Shown: piece by piece, positions 18,352 to 28,107 of the stretch | How the letters are laid out: each line of letters starts with the position of its first letter | Numbering within the stretch: position 1 is the first letter of the stretch | IMG/VR virus record: IMGVR_UViG_3300009514_000027 | Location: 1 to 60,761 of that record | Strand: one strand, 5' to 3' | DNA from: a virus | Taxonomy: Duplodnaviria; Caudoviricetes | DNA: 60,761 nucleotides | Made by a program: the position numbers and the translations under genes | Notes under the pieces: model-generated | Database searches by the model: none | Told to the model about the DNA's origin: nothing | What the model saw: only the letters and a program-made list of their open reading frames with translations

Positions 18352-18930
18352 ATGGCAAAATTAGTACTTAAATACAACATCTGTCAAAAAAAAGATTGTA
18401 CTTCCCTGTTTTTTTCAGAAACGACTGGTACTTACAATAGTCTTTCAAACTCTGGAGGATTTGGTAGTCCCAATCCTGTAGTAGGAGACGCTACTTCGGT
18501 ACTTCTCAAAGTTTTATTCCCAAATGCAGACGACACAGTAGATATAGATATATCTGCTTCTTTCCCAACTGTAGATAGTACAGTAGAAACAGAAATTACC
18601 TCAGAAGATTTAGGTCTTGCTGCGGGAGCAGTTCTTGCTGACGGAATCTATGAAATTACCTATGAGGTTATTGCAAACGGAGTAACCTACACAGAAACAA
18701 AAAATATTTTCTTGTATTGTAATGTACAATGTTGCATTAACCAGTTTATTGCAACTATCCCTGACACAGCTTGTAACTGCACAGACAGTTCAGTTAGTGA
18801 CGCTCTTACAGCCTTTATGCTTATGAGGTCATTAGAATATGCTGCAGTCTGTGGTAAAAAAACGAAATTCACTAACACTTTAGCAATACTAAACAATATA
18901 TGTACAAACAACGATTGTGGTTGCTCTTAA
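18352..18930 (+). CDS. Cys-rich virion protein (tail hub-like)
   Basis: 192 aa, LADGIYEITY motif, Cys-rich C-terminus. Confidence 0.55.
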   Translation: MAKLVLKYNICQKKDCTSLFFSETTGTYNSLSNSGGFGSPNPVVGDATSVLLKVLFPNADDTVDIDISASFPTVDSTVETEITSEDLGLAAGAVLADGIYEITYEVIANGVTYTETKNIFLYCNVQCCINQFIATIPDTACNCTDSSVSDALTAFMLMRSLEYAAVCGKKTKFTNTLAILNNICTNNDCGCS

Positions 18931-19100
18931 AACTAGCAACACTTGGAGCTATACTTTTCATAGCTTGTGGAACTCCTGATAACAGTATTCAGGTAGAAAA
19001 AGCAAGATTAGATTCTTTAAGGCTTGATAGTCTTGAAAAAGACCTTGCACGTAAGATGGCTGAGGCAGATTCAATAGTAGAAAATTTAAAAAGACAATAA
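18900..19100 (+). CDS. small putative lipoprotein
   Basis: Basic N-terminus, hydrophobic stretch, FIA-C lipobox-like site, coiled-coil remainder. Confidence 0.5.
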   Translation: MYKQRLWLLLKLATLGAILFIACGTPDNSIQVEKARLDSLRLDSLEKDLARKMAEADSIVENLKRQ

Positions 19101-19101
19101 G

Positions 19102-19638
19102 ATGGCTTGTAGCTCGTGTAACTCAAATAGTGGAACAAGTTGTTCTTGTTCAGTAAATACAATAATTCTTCCAAAAGCAGTTGGAGAACAAGGACCTCAA
19201 GGAGTTCCTGGAGCTGCCGGAGCTACTGGGGCTACTGGAGCTGCCGGTGCACAAGGACCTGCAGGAAGTTCACTCATAGTAGTGCCCTGCTTTAAAGACA
19301 ATCTTGCTGTCTATATAACCTCTTCTACTTCTTATGTAACTCCTGTAGATTTTATATTTCCAGGAACTACTTATTTTGGAACACCCACTAATATAAAAAT
19401 AGCCTTGTTTAGTTCTGCAACAGATACTACATGTACTGTAAGAGTTTGCAACTGGACTGGATTTTTAACCACAGGTACAGTAATCTGTCAAAAAGATATT
19501 ACAATAATAGGAGGCACAGTTATATATGATTTAGGAACACTTTCTAACCTACCTGCTTCAGAAGGAGTATTTAGAGTGGATGTAAAATCTAATAATGGAG
19601 GAAGTATTATAGTGAGTTCAGTAATGGTTATAAAATAA
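19102..19638 (+). CDS. collagen-like repeat virion protein
   Basis: Cys-rich N-terminus followed by about nine Gly-X-Y triplets (GEQGPQGVPGAAGATGATGAAGAQGPAG). Confidence 0.7.
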   Translation: MACSSCNSNSGTSCSCSVNTIILPKAVGEQGPQGVPGAAGATGATGAAGAQGPAGSSLIVVPCFKDNLAVYITSSTSYVTPVDFIFPGTTYFGTPTNIKIALFSSATDTTCTVRVCNWTGFLTTGTVICQKDITIIGGTVIYDLGTLSNLPASEGVFRVDVKSNNGGSIIVSSVMVIK

Positions 19639-19639
19639 T

Positions 19640-20338
19640 ATGGCAGATTTATCACGGCTTGATATTTTAGTTAGGACACAGTACTTATCTCAATATATTG
19701 CTGACTTTGGATATACCATAGCAACAAGAATGTATGGTGGTAGATATTGTGAAGAGGATTTTAAGAAGCTCTCTTTACTTATAATGTATGCAGATGTTCT
19801 TATATGCAATCTTCCAAGTGAAGGTACATTAGGACACGGACAAATAGAAGTAGTAGATTTTACATCTTCCCTTACAACTCTTGCTGTAGGTGGTGTAAGT
19901 ATTACAGGTTCTACAGTTTCAGGAGCAACTAACGCAATTTTTGCAAGTAATATTGCAGATGAAATAAATAATTATACTTCTGAACCAAACTATACAGCAG
20001 TTGCTAATGGGGTATATGTAGATATTTATGGACCTACAGATGGAGTTATAACTCTAAATACTACACCTTCACCAATACTCTCTGTAACAAGTAATGTACT
20101 TGGAAGTGTAGCAGAAGGAACTATAGCGGATGTATGTCTTGACAATGATGAACTTGAGGGTATTTTCTCTCATATATCTAGTCTTACAGGATTATGTTTT
20201 GTACCTGCGGGTTCTAACTACATAGAAACACCTGATTATGTCAGAGTATATGATACTCTTGTTACAAGTGCAGGAGACACAGTAGTAAACAATGCGGGAG
20301 AAATTATAGCAGCAGGGTCTACTGTCACAGGAGGATAA
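19640..20338 (+). CDS. virion structural protein
   Basis: 232-aa ORF within the tail cluster. Confidence 0.6.
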   Translation: MADLSRLDILVRTQYLSQYIADFGYTIATRMYGGRYCEEDFKKLSLLIMYADVLICNLPSEGTLGHGQIEVVDFTSSLTTLAVGGVSITGSTVSGATNAIFASNIADEINNYTSEPNYTAVANGVYVDIYGPTDGVITLNTTPSPILSVTSNVLGSVAEGTIADVCLDNDELEGIFSHISSLTGLCFVPAGSNYIETPDYVRVYDTLVTSAGDTVVNNAGEIIAAGSTVTGG

Positions 20339-20362
20339 TAATTAACTAAAAAATATTTAAAA

Positions 20363-21775
20363 ATGGCAGCAATAGAAATACAAGATTTAGGAGCAGTTGC
20401 AGTTCCAAATGACGCAGATGAATTTATACTGGCTCAAGCCGGTACTACTTATAAAGTTACAAGAGCAAATATAGTTCTTGCAGAGAAGACCAGAGCTGAA
20501 GCCGCTGAAGGGGTTATTGCTGCAGATTTAGTATCAGAAGCAGCTACAAGAGGAGTAGATGATGCAGCCATTGCTGCTAATTTAGTTACTGAAACTAATA
20601 ATAGAGTAATAGCAGATGCTTTACTTATACCTCTTACATATGTAGATACAGACGTTACTCTTGCTGCAGACAGTGATACCAAACTTCCTTCCCAAAAAGC
20701 TATCAAGGCTTATGTAGATTCTTCAAGTGGGGGAGGAGCAAAGACTTTAGAAAATTTTAGTGCTGCTGCTAACCTATTTCCTACCACTTATGGAGGAAAC
20801 GCTATTACCGCTGGAGATAGGTGGGTAATTACCGTAGCAGGTACTTTAGGTACACAAGTTGTAGCTGCAGGAGACAGCATAGAAGCAAAGATAGATGCAG
20901 CAGCTGTAGAGGCTGATTTTGCGTTTTTCAACACTAATGTTATAGTTTCTTCTACTACCGAGTCAGGAACTGTAGAACTTGCTACCACAGACGAGGCTAA
21001 ACTTCTTGCGGATACTTCAAGGGCTGTTGTGCCTTCAGGAGTAGGTGGAGTATTAGATAAACATGTATTTCAAAGAACTGTCGTTGCAGCCACTCCTTTT
21101 ACTGCAGACACTTCAAATATAGGGGTTCTTGGAGTAACCTTATCAGGAGCAAGGGTAATAAATTTACCTTCTATTGCAGGTATTGCCGCAGCTTCTCGTC
21201 CAAGGACTTATTACAAAGTAGTAGATGAACTTGGTACAGCGCTAACTGCAAACATTACTGTAAATGGTAATGGAGCAGAAACTATTAATGGAGCATCTTC
21301 TTACGTAATAGCCGAGAATTATGGTGCAGCTACTTTCTATAATGACGGCACTAATTGGTTTGTAGCGGCTAATAAGACAGAAGGAACTGTAAGGTTTGCA
21401 AGTAAAACTATTGTTGCAGCATCTGTAGCTACTTTATCAAGCGTTCCAGTGGAAATTATACCAGCTCCAGGAGCAGGAAAACTTATACTTATTATTTCAG
21501 CAGACGCTACATATGTATACGATACGGCTCCTTACACAGGAAACTGTACATTGCAGTTAAAATATGACACGGGAGTAGCTATTGCAGAATCTGTAGATTT
21601 CTTAAAAGCTACTAATTCTCCTTGCAAACCTCTTCTTAGAATTTATAACGCAGGAGTTGGAGTAATACAGGCTATAGAGAATAAAGCAGTGCAGGCAATT
21701 ACTGCTGTAGGAGACCCTACACCAGGAGCTTCATTATCCTATATTAAAATATTTGTAAGTTACAGAATAATCTAA
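20363..21775 (+). CDS. tail fibre-like protein
   Basis: 470 aa. LPSQKAIKAYVD, GTVELATTDEA and ITVNGNGAETINGASSYVI are fibre-type motifs. Confidence 0.7.
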   Translation: MAAIEIQDLGAVAVPNDADEFILAQAGTTYKVTRANIVLAEKTRAEAAEGVIAADLVSEAATRGVDDAAIAANLVTETNNRVIADALLIPLTYVDTDVTLAADSDTKLPSQKAIKAYVDSSSGGGAKTLENFSAAANLFPTTYGGNAITAGDRWVITVAGTLGTQVVAAGDSIEAKIDAAAVEADFAFFNTNVIVSSTTESGTVELATTDEAKLLADTSRAVVPSGVGGVLDKHVFQRTVVAATPFTADTSNIGVLGVTLSGARVINLPSIAGIAAASRPRTYYKVVDELGTALTANITVNGNGAETINGASSYVIAENYGAATFYNDGTNWFVAANKTEGTVRFASKTIVAASVATLSSVPVEIIPAPGAGKLILIISADATYVYDTAPYTGNCTLQLKYDTGVAIAESVDFLKATNSPCKPLLRIYNAGVGVIQAIENKAVQAITAVGDPTPGASLSYIKIFVSYRII

Positions 21776-21787
21776 CACTAAGTTGTC

Positions 21788-22027
21788 GTGGAAATAGGAG
21801 CCGAAATAGCTGACATAAAAGAAACTCAAAAGGAGCATTCTAAGATTCTTCTAAGGCTTGAGAGTGTTATAGTAGATGACCCTGGAACTAACAGGATAGG
21901 ATATGGCTCAAGGATTAAACTTCTTGAAACTTATGTAAATTCTGACAAAAAAGCAAAATGGTACATTGCAGGGTTTATAGCTGCACTTGCTATAGGGATT
22001 AAAGAATTACTTGCTAAAATATTTTAA
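21788..22027 (+). CDS. holin-like single-TM protein
   Basis: 79 aa, coiled N-terminus, C-terminal TM (WYIAGFIAALAIGI), GTG start. Confidence 0.5.
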   Translation: MEIGAEIADIKETQKEHSKILLRLESVIVDDPGTNRIGYGSRIKLLETYVNSDKKAKWYIAGFIAALAIGIKELLAKIF

Positions 22028-25000
22028 TGACGATTGTTCTTCCATATGAAAATATCCAAAAATTACATCTTACCAAAACAGCAGTCTCAGGACAAAGGTA
22101 TAGAGACTTGCAGGGTAATGTGTATGAAGGAACTCCGCATAGAAGGATAAAACTTTTATTAAAAGCTTCTGAAGTAACATTTGAGGCAACTACTAATGTA
22201 GATGCTGACGATGCTCAGGAAGCTATAGAAGAGTCTTTCTATACCCTTGTGAATACAGCAGTTACTCCAGGTACTTACGGAGACACTACTAATGTTGCAC
22301 AATTTACTGTAGACCAAAAAGGAAGACTTACTTACGCTGCAGATATAGCTATTACTTTTCCCGTAAATTTTATTACCTCCGTCTTAGACACAGCTACTAT
22401 AGATTTAACAGTTGCTGCAGGAGTATTAAGTGCTGATATTATTATGTCAGGCATCACCCACAATGTGTTGTCCGCAACCCACAGCGACAGCAACGCAGGT
22501 GCAGTAGTAAGGGGTGATTTGATGGTAGGCAATGCCACTCCCAAATGGGACAAGTTGGCTGTTGGTGCAGCGGGTACGGTGTTGATAGGAGGCACAGACC
22601 CCTCTTATTCCTCCTCCCCCACCATCTCCGTCAGCGTAACCACTCCAAAGATTATCGGGGGAACTGCAATGGGTTCAACCTTGACCTTGCAATCCACGAG
22701 TATAGGGGCGGGGAGTACAACTGATGCTATAATCTTTAATGTTGGTGATGGGGGGGCAACGGAGGGGATGAGAATAACCAGCGGTGGAAACATAGGAATA
22801 GGAATTGCCTCTCCTTCCGCAAAACTCCATGTAGTAGGTTCAGGTACTGCTGATTCTACTTATGCTTTAAGAGTTGATGGAACAAGTGGTAATAATTTCT
22901 TAACTGTAAGAAATGATGGATTTGTTGGGTTTAATACTACCGCACCTGTATTGTATGATTTTTCAGAAGGTGGGGAATTTGTTTATAAATCAGCCACAGG
23001 CAGCAGACTTCATGCTGAATTTGTTGATAGTGTTACAGGGAAGGGCGTAATAATTAATAGTTACAATGAACCTTATGAATCTACAAGTTGGACAACAATA
23101 GCAGGTGCTTATGCTTATCGTAATCTTCAAATGTTTCTCAATGACATAGGACAGGTTGCTTTTGGACAACAGATATTAAGCAATACATACCCTAAAATAA
23201 AGGTTGGGACTCAATTAAATTTTAATACAGCAACAATAGAAGAAGTTGCAATTTCAAGCGGTAGCCAAGCAGCAGATACTGGAATTATCAACTCCTACTA
23301 TATTAGGTCTAATGGAGTTTCCGAAACCTTGTACAAACAGGCAGAGTTTAATATTTTAAAATCTGACGGGACTGCCGCAGGTAATAATGTGCCAACATAT
23401 TTTCAATGGAAAAATTATAATGGTGCATCATTTGTAGAGAGGATGAGGTTAGATGAAAATGGGAATCTTGGAATTGGCATAGCAGCTCCAACGGTTGCGC
23501 TATACATTGACCGAGCTGCAAATGATTCATTAACGAGTGTAATCTTGCGGAATACAACTGCGGGTACTGCTGCCCAGTCATTGTTTCATATCATAAACGA
23601 TAATTCCAAAAACGCTATTCTTAAACTGTATTCGAGTGCTTTTACTACAAGCGGGATAAACATTGCAGATTCCGCATCATTGCAAGCCAATACCAATCTA
23701 ACCATTGGCACATATTCGGCTCATTATACTTCATTCTGGACGAATACTGCGGAAAGAATGAGAATTGATAGTGCTGGATTAGTAGGCATAGGAACGGCAA
23801 CACCTACAAATAAACTTCATGTAGTTGATGGTGGAGCTACAACAAACTTATTACTTGCGATGGATTGTTATTCTGCCGATGATGCTTATCGTTCATTCTT
23901 TGCTTTTAGAAAATCTGGAAGTAATACCATCGGTACACTTACTGCTACAGCAGACGGAGAAGCGTTAGGTGAGTTAGCTTTTTATGGTGTCAGGTCATCA
24001 ACACCAGCATTTACTTATGCAGGTGGTATTAAAGTAGAACAAGACGGAGCAGTAGGGGCTTCACAAGTACCTTCAAGGATTGTATTTAAGACAGGCACAT
24101 CAACAGGGGCAGTCACTGATAGAGTAAGGATTTTATCAAGTGGGGAGTTGATAATAGGAGCAACAGCATTAGTTAGTACAGAATTGTTTTCTGTGCAAAA
24201 AGACCAAAATGGACTAACACAAATAAGGCTTAATAATGCAACATCGGGAACAGCAGGTAGGGCTAATGTATACATCACATCAGGTACAACTGGATTGGCT
24301 TTAAATGCCAATTCAGCAGGATATACAACTTCTGGGCTACTCGTAGCTAACACAGCCTGTGTTTTTTCTAATATGACTGGTGGGCTTAATGTAGGTACAT
24401 CAGTGGCACAACAACTCTCCTTTTGGACTAACAATACCCAAAGAGTTACTATTCTTTCTACAGGACAAATTGGTATAGGCACAACTACTCCAACTAAAAC
24501 ATTAGATATAGCGGCTTATGGGACTGACTCACAAGCTACTGGTAGATGGTCTACATATAATGACCAAGCGACTTTTGGTAATGTGTTTAACTTTTTCAAG
24601 TCGCATACAGACACAAATGGAGCAATGGTTCAAACTATTGATACGGAGGTATTAGGTTCTATTAATTTTGAGGGAGTAAATAGTTCTAATACTTTAGCCG
24701 CTGGTGGTAAAATTAGAGTAGTACAAGATGGTTCCGCTACATCTACAGGTATTCCAGCTAAAATATTCTTCGAATCAACAGGAGGTACATCAGCCACCGC
24801 TCACCAAGTCTGCCTTACAATGAAACCCGACAGAAGTATTGAGTTTGGTGAAGGTGCAGCAGGATATGACCAAGTAATTAAATTCATAGGTGAAACTCAT
24901 ACTGGAATACTTACTTGGATGGAGGATGAAGATTGCTTTAAGTTTGATGACAATGTAGGTATAGGCGTAAACGCAACAGCTGCTTTACAATTAAAGGCAG

Positions 25001-25635
25001 GTACAGCCACAGCAGGTACAGCTCCAGTTAAATTCACTGCAGGAACTAATTTAACCACACCTGAAGCAGGTGCTTTAGAATTTGATGGTGATAGGTTATA
25101 CCACACTAATAGTACCGCAATAAGAGAAGCAATTTCTGGTGTAATATTTACACAAACTGGAGACCAGACTATTGGGAATACAACAACCGAAACAACACTA
25201 ATAAATGGTGGGGTAGGAACATTAACCCTACCAGCTAACTTTTTGATAGTTGGTAAGGCAATAAGAGTAAGAATAAGAGGTATTATTTCAAATACAGGAA
25301 CACCCAATTTCACAGTAAAGGCTAAGTTAGGGTCTACAGTGATTGCTACTTCTGGGTTAGTTACTATGAGTAAAAACATCACAGACAAATACTTTGATTG
25401 TGAAGTATTACTAACCTGTAGGACAACTGGAGCTTCTGGAACAGTAATAGGAACTGGTAAATTTGAGCACGATGCTACTGGAAACCAAGCAGAAACTTAT
25501 GGAATAATCACCACATCAGCTGTCACAGTAGCCACAACTGCTTCTCAAGCAATTAATATAACTTTTGAATGGGGAACAGCAGATGTCGCAAACACTCTAA
25601 CAACTCAAGTCGGTGTTGTAGAGATTATCAATTAA
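22027..25635 (+). CDS. long tail fibre / receptor-binding protein
   Basis: 1202 aa. VTPGTYG...TVDQKGRLT motif and about seven ERMRI..GN.GIG...P...LHV repeats. Confidence 0.8.
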   Translation: MTIVLPYENIQKLHLTKTAVSGQRYRDLQGNVYEGTPHRRIKLLLKASEVTFEATTNVDADDAQEAIEESFYTLVNTAVTPGTYGDTTNVAQFTVDQKGRLTYAADIAITFPVNFITSVLDTATIDLTVAAGVLSADIIMSGITHNVLSATHSDSNAGAVVRGDLMVGNATPKWDKLAVGAAGTVLIGGTDPSYSSSPTISVSVTTPKIIGGTAMGSTLTLQSTSIGAGSTTDAIIFNVGDGGATEGMRITSGGNIGIGIASPSAKLHVVGSGTADSTYALRVDGTSGNNFLTVRNDGFVGFNTTAPVLYDFSEGGEFVYKSATGSRLHAEFVDSVTGKGVIINSYNEPYESTSWTTIAGAYAYRNLQMFLNDIGQVAFGQQILSNTYPKIKVGTQLNFNTATIEEVAISSGSQAADTGIINSYYIRSNGVSETLYKQAEFNILKSDGTAAGNNVPTYFQWKNYNGASFVERMRLDENGNLGIGIAAPTVALYIDRAANDSLTSVILRNTTAGTAAQSLFHIINDNSKNAILKLYSSAFTTSGINIADSASLQANTNLTIGTYSAHYTSFWTNTAERMRIDSAGLVGIGTATPTNKLHVVDGGATTNLLLAMDCYSADDAYRSFFAFRKSGSNTIGTLTATADGEALGELAFYGVRSSTPAFTYAGGIKVEQDGAVGASQVPSRIVFKTGTSTGAVTDRVRILSSGELIIGATALVSTELFSVQKDQNGLTQIRLNNATSGTAGRANVYITSGTTGLALNANSAGYTTSGLLVANTACVFSNMTGGLNVGTSVAQQLSFWTNNTQRVTILSTGQIGIGTTTPTKTLDIAAYGTDSQATGRWSTYNDQATFGNVFNFFKSHTDTNGAMVQTIDTEVLGSINFEGVNSSNTLAAGGKIRVVQDGSATSTGIPAKIFFESTGGTSATAHQVCLTMKPDRSIEFGEGAAGYDQVIKFIGETHTGILTWMEDEDCFKFDDNVGIGVNATAALQLKAGTATAGTAPVKFTAGTNLTTPEAGALEFDGDRLYHTNSTAIREAISGVIFTQTGDQTIGNTTTETTLINGGVGTLTLPANFLIVGKAIRVRIRGIISNTGTPNFTVKAKLGSTVIATSGLVTMSKNITDKYFDCEVLLTCRTTGASGTVIGTGKFEHDATGNQAETYGIITTSAVTVATTASQAINITFEWGTADVANTLTTQVGVVEIIN

Positions 25636-25674
25636 TATTAATACAAATAGAAAAATAATTACTAATTTTGCATT

Positions 25675-25911
25675 ATGGAATACGAAATCACAAACACCGA
25701 AATAAGCCGAATCACTCTATCCGAGGACAACTCCACACTTGCGGTTGATATGACACTTTGGTACAACGTAGCAGAATCTAAATTGCAAGATTCAACTACT
25801 GGTTGCACAATTACTCTTGACATGACTACCGGAGAAAGGGCAACGATGAAAGCGGAGCTTGACACAAAAGTTTTGGAATGGTTTAATAAGAAATTTAATC
25901 CGATAGTATGA
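25675..25911 (+). CDS. small protein after fibre, possible chaperone
   Basis: 78-aa ORF whose end overlaps the next start. Confidence 0.55.
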   Translation: MEYEITNTEISRITLSEDNSTLAVDMTLWYNVAESKLQDSTTGCTITLDMTTGERATMKAELDTKVLEWFNKKFNPIV

Positions 25912-26357
25912 AATTATTAGTACAGAGGAAAGTATTTAATAAAACTAACTGCATCGGGGAGTTGTTCCTTGACGGAGAATGGTTTTGCTATATCCTTGAA
26001 GATATATTAAGAGGTACAGGAGAAAAGGTAATGCACGAAACCGCCATACCTGCAGGTAATTACTTTGTAAAAGTAACTATGTCTGGAACATTTAAGAAAC
26101 GTATGCCGTTGGTATATAACACAGTAGATTTTAAAGTATCTGCAAATGGTAAAGAATTTAGCGGCATTCGTTTTCATAATGGGACTAATGAAAGACATTC
26201 TTCAGGATGTCTTCTTACTGGCAGTAATACAGATAATAAAATGATATGGGGTAAGGTAGGGGATAAACTTACTGCCTTATTAGACAATGGTGAGATACAC
26301 AATTTAACAATACAAAATAAGATTTTTTCTAACGGACTATCAAAACAAATAGAATAA
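25908..26357 (+). CDS. DUF5675-like putative endolysin/peptidase
   Basis: IGELFLDG..FCYILED, TAIPAGNY, GIRFHNG....HSSGCLL (H...GC pattern). Confidence 0.75.
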   Translation: MKLLVQRKVFNKTNCIGELFLDGEWFCYILEDILRGTGEKVMHETAIPAGNYFVKVTMSGTFKKRMPLVYNTVDFKVSANGKEFSGIRFHNGTNERHSSGCLLTGSNTDNKMIWGKVGDKLTALLDNGEIHNLTIQNKIFSNGLSKQIE

Positions 26358-26380
26358 CATAGCAACATTAGAAAGAATAA

Positions 26381-26412
26381 TTTGGAAAATTGGAAAATTA
26401 TGTGTATCTTTG
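26381..26412 (+). promoter_or_regulatory. Bacteroidota sigmaA-type promoter
   Basis: TTTG (26381-26384) + 20 nt + TATCTTTG (26405-26412). Confidence 0.85.
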
Positions 26413-26446
26413 TAGTAATTAAGTAATATAAACTAAATTTATATAA

Positions 26447-27385
26447 ATGGCAAACAAGGAAAAGTTTATTCAGGATGTTCTGAAAAACGGGAAAGTTAAA
26501 TCCTGGAAGGAGTATGCAGATATGTATAACTTACGTCCTGATGGAGATAACAAACAGAAGTCAGATACAGCTCGAAGGATTTTTAAAGATTACAAGAGAA
26601 ATCCTGTAAGACAAAAATTAAACAATGAGTACGAAGAATTTTTAAAATGGAAAAACTCTAAGGAAACTTATAAAGAAAAAAGTAAGGCTTTACCAAAACC
26701 TTTTTTAAAAGGGGATAAAAAGAATGTTATAATTATAGGTGACACCCATCTTCCATTTGAGAAAGAGGGATATTTAGAATTTTGCAGAGAGCAGCAAGAA
26801 AAATATAACTGTGGAACTGTAGTACATATAGGGGATTTAATTGATAATCACGCAGTTAGCTACCATGAGCACGACCCTGAGGGTATGAGTATTGGAGATG
26901 AATATAAGCTTGCTCTTACAAAGGCTAGGCAATGGTATCAGGTATTTCCAACTGTTAAAGTCTGTATAGGCAATCATGATGCCTTGCCGTTCAGAAAAGC
27001 TTTTACAGCAGGACTACCCTCTACATGGTTAAAGAACTACCAGGAAATGTTTGAATCTCCTAAAGCATGGGATTGGGCATTTACTCACGAAATTGAAGGG
27101 GTAATTTATCAACATGGTACAGGGTTATCAGGAGAAATGGCAAGCATAAATTGTGCAAGAGAAAACAGACAATCCACTGTAATTGGACATATGCATACAG
27201 TAATGAATACTAGATTTCTAGCTTCATTCAAGGATTTAATATTTGGGATGAATGTAGGGTGTGGTATAGACCATACTAAATATGCATTTATCTACGGCAA
27301 AGAACAAACTCGTAAACCTGTTATTGCTTGTGGAGTAGTTCTTGGCGGGGAATTACCAATCAACATACCTTTTAAACTAAAATAA
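26447..27385 (+). CDS. calcineurin-like metallophosphoesterase with N-terminal extension
   Basis: Full motif set: IGDTH, HIGDLID, GNHD, HG, GHMH. Confidence 0.88.
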   Translation: MANKEKFIQDVLKNGKVKSWKEYADMYNLRPDGDNKQKSDTARRIFKDYKRNPVRQKLNNEYEEFLKWKNSKETYKEKSKALPKPFLKGDKKNVIIIGDTHLPFEKEGYLEFCREQQEKYNCGTVVHIGDLIDNHAVSYHEHDPEGMSIGDEYKLALTKARQWYQVFPTVKVCIGNHDALPFRKAFTAGLPSTWLKNYQEMFESPKAWDWAFTHEIEGVIYQHGTGLSGEMASINCARENRQSTVIGHMHTVMNTRFLASFKDLIFGMNVGCGIDHTKYAFIYGKEQTRKPVIACGVVLGGELPINIPFKLK

Positions 27386-27386
27386 A

Positions 27387-28106
27387 ATGGCAACCCTTTC
27401 AGAATATACCTTCCGTGTCCTAAACAATCTTGCTCCAATACTGAGTGATGATTTCTTTATAGATGAACGAGAAGTAAAATTTGCTATACACGAAAAGAGA
27501 CACCTTTTCATAAAGCAAGATATAACTAAGAACCACTCTATAAATCCTGACGTTATTCAGGATTTAGGGTGTGTAGACCTTGAGGCAGTAGATAGTGCCC
27601 ATTGTTGTGAGATAACCTTTGACTGTAAGATTATACGGACAGAGGAGATTCTTCCAAGGTTTATAGAGACACAACACGAAACAGGACTTACAAGAGTGGC
27701 TTCCTTAGATAAACTAAGTGCTCCATTCTCTATTATACCTTTTGAGGCTGCACCATTTGCAGGGAATGGAAGGTTTAATAAGAAATCTATATTTGTCTTT
27801 CCTCTGAACGGGAGGATATACTTTACATACAACCCATCAAACTTATGGGCAAGAGGTGTAAAGAAAGTAAATATCTCAGGAGTATTTGAAGACCCTACTA
27901 AAGTATGGGATTATTTGAATACCAAGTATACAGGAAATACAAACTTCACTCCTTATTCTGATGCTACAAGTGAGTATCCTATGAAAGGATGGATGGGAGA
28001 CGCTGTAGTTAAAGCCGTAACTGATGACTTTATTAAGAGGTTAATAACACCAATAGACAACACTAACGATAGTAAATCTAATCCAACGCCTGTAACACAG
28101 AAATAG
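27387..28106 (+). CDS. tail ring-type structural protein
   Basis: 239 aa, QDLGCVDLEAVD and ISGVFEDP motifs, synteny with tail tube genes. Confidence 0.6.
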   Translation: MATLSEYTFRVLNNLAPILSDDFFIDEREVKFAIHEKRHLFIKQDITKNHSINPDVIQDLGCVDLEAVDSAHCCEITFDCKIIRTEEILPRFIETQHETGLTRVASLDKLSAPFSIIPFEAAPFAGNGRFNKKSIFVFPLNGRIYFTYNPSNLWARGVKKVNISGVFEDPTKVWDYLNTKYTGNTNFTPYSDATSEYPMKGWMGDAVVKAVTDDFIKRLITPIDNTNDSKSNPTPVTQK

Positions 28107-28107
28107 T

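Noticed and set aside
22027-25635. Diversity-generating retroelement target in the fibre gene
   Set aside because: No reverse transcriptase and no near-identical template/variable repeat pair seen in the window.
25663-25670. TAATTTTG possible -7 box before the 78-aa gene
   Set aside because: No -33 box at the 20-nt spacing and only 4 nt from the ATG, so too weak to call.
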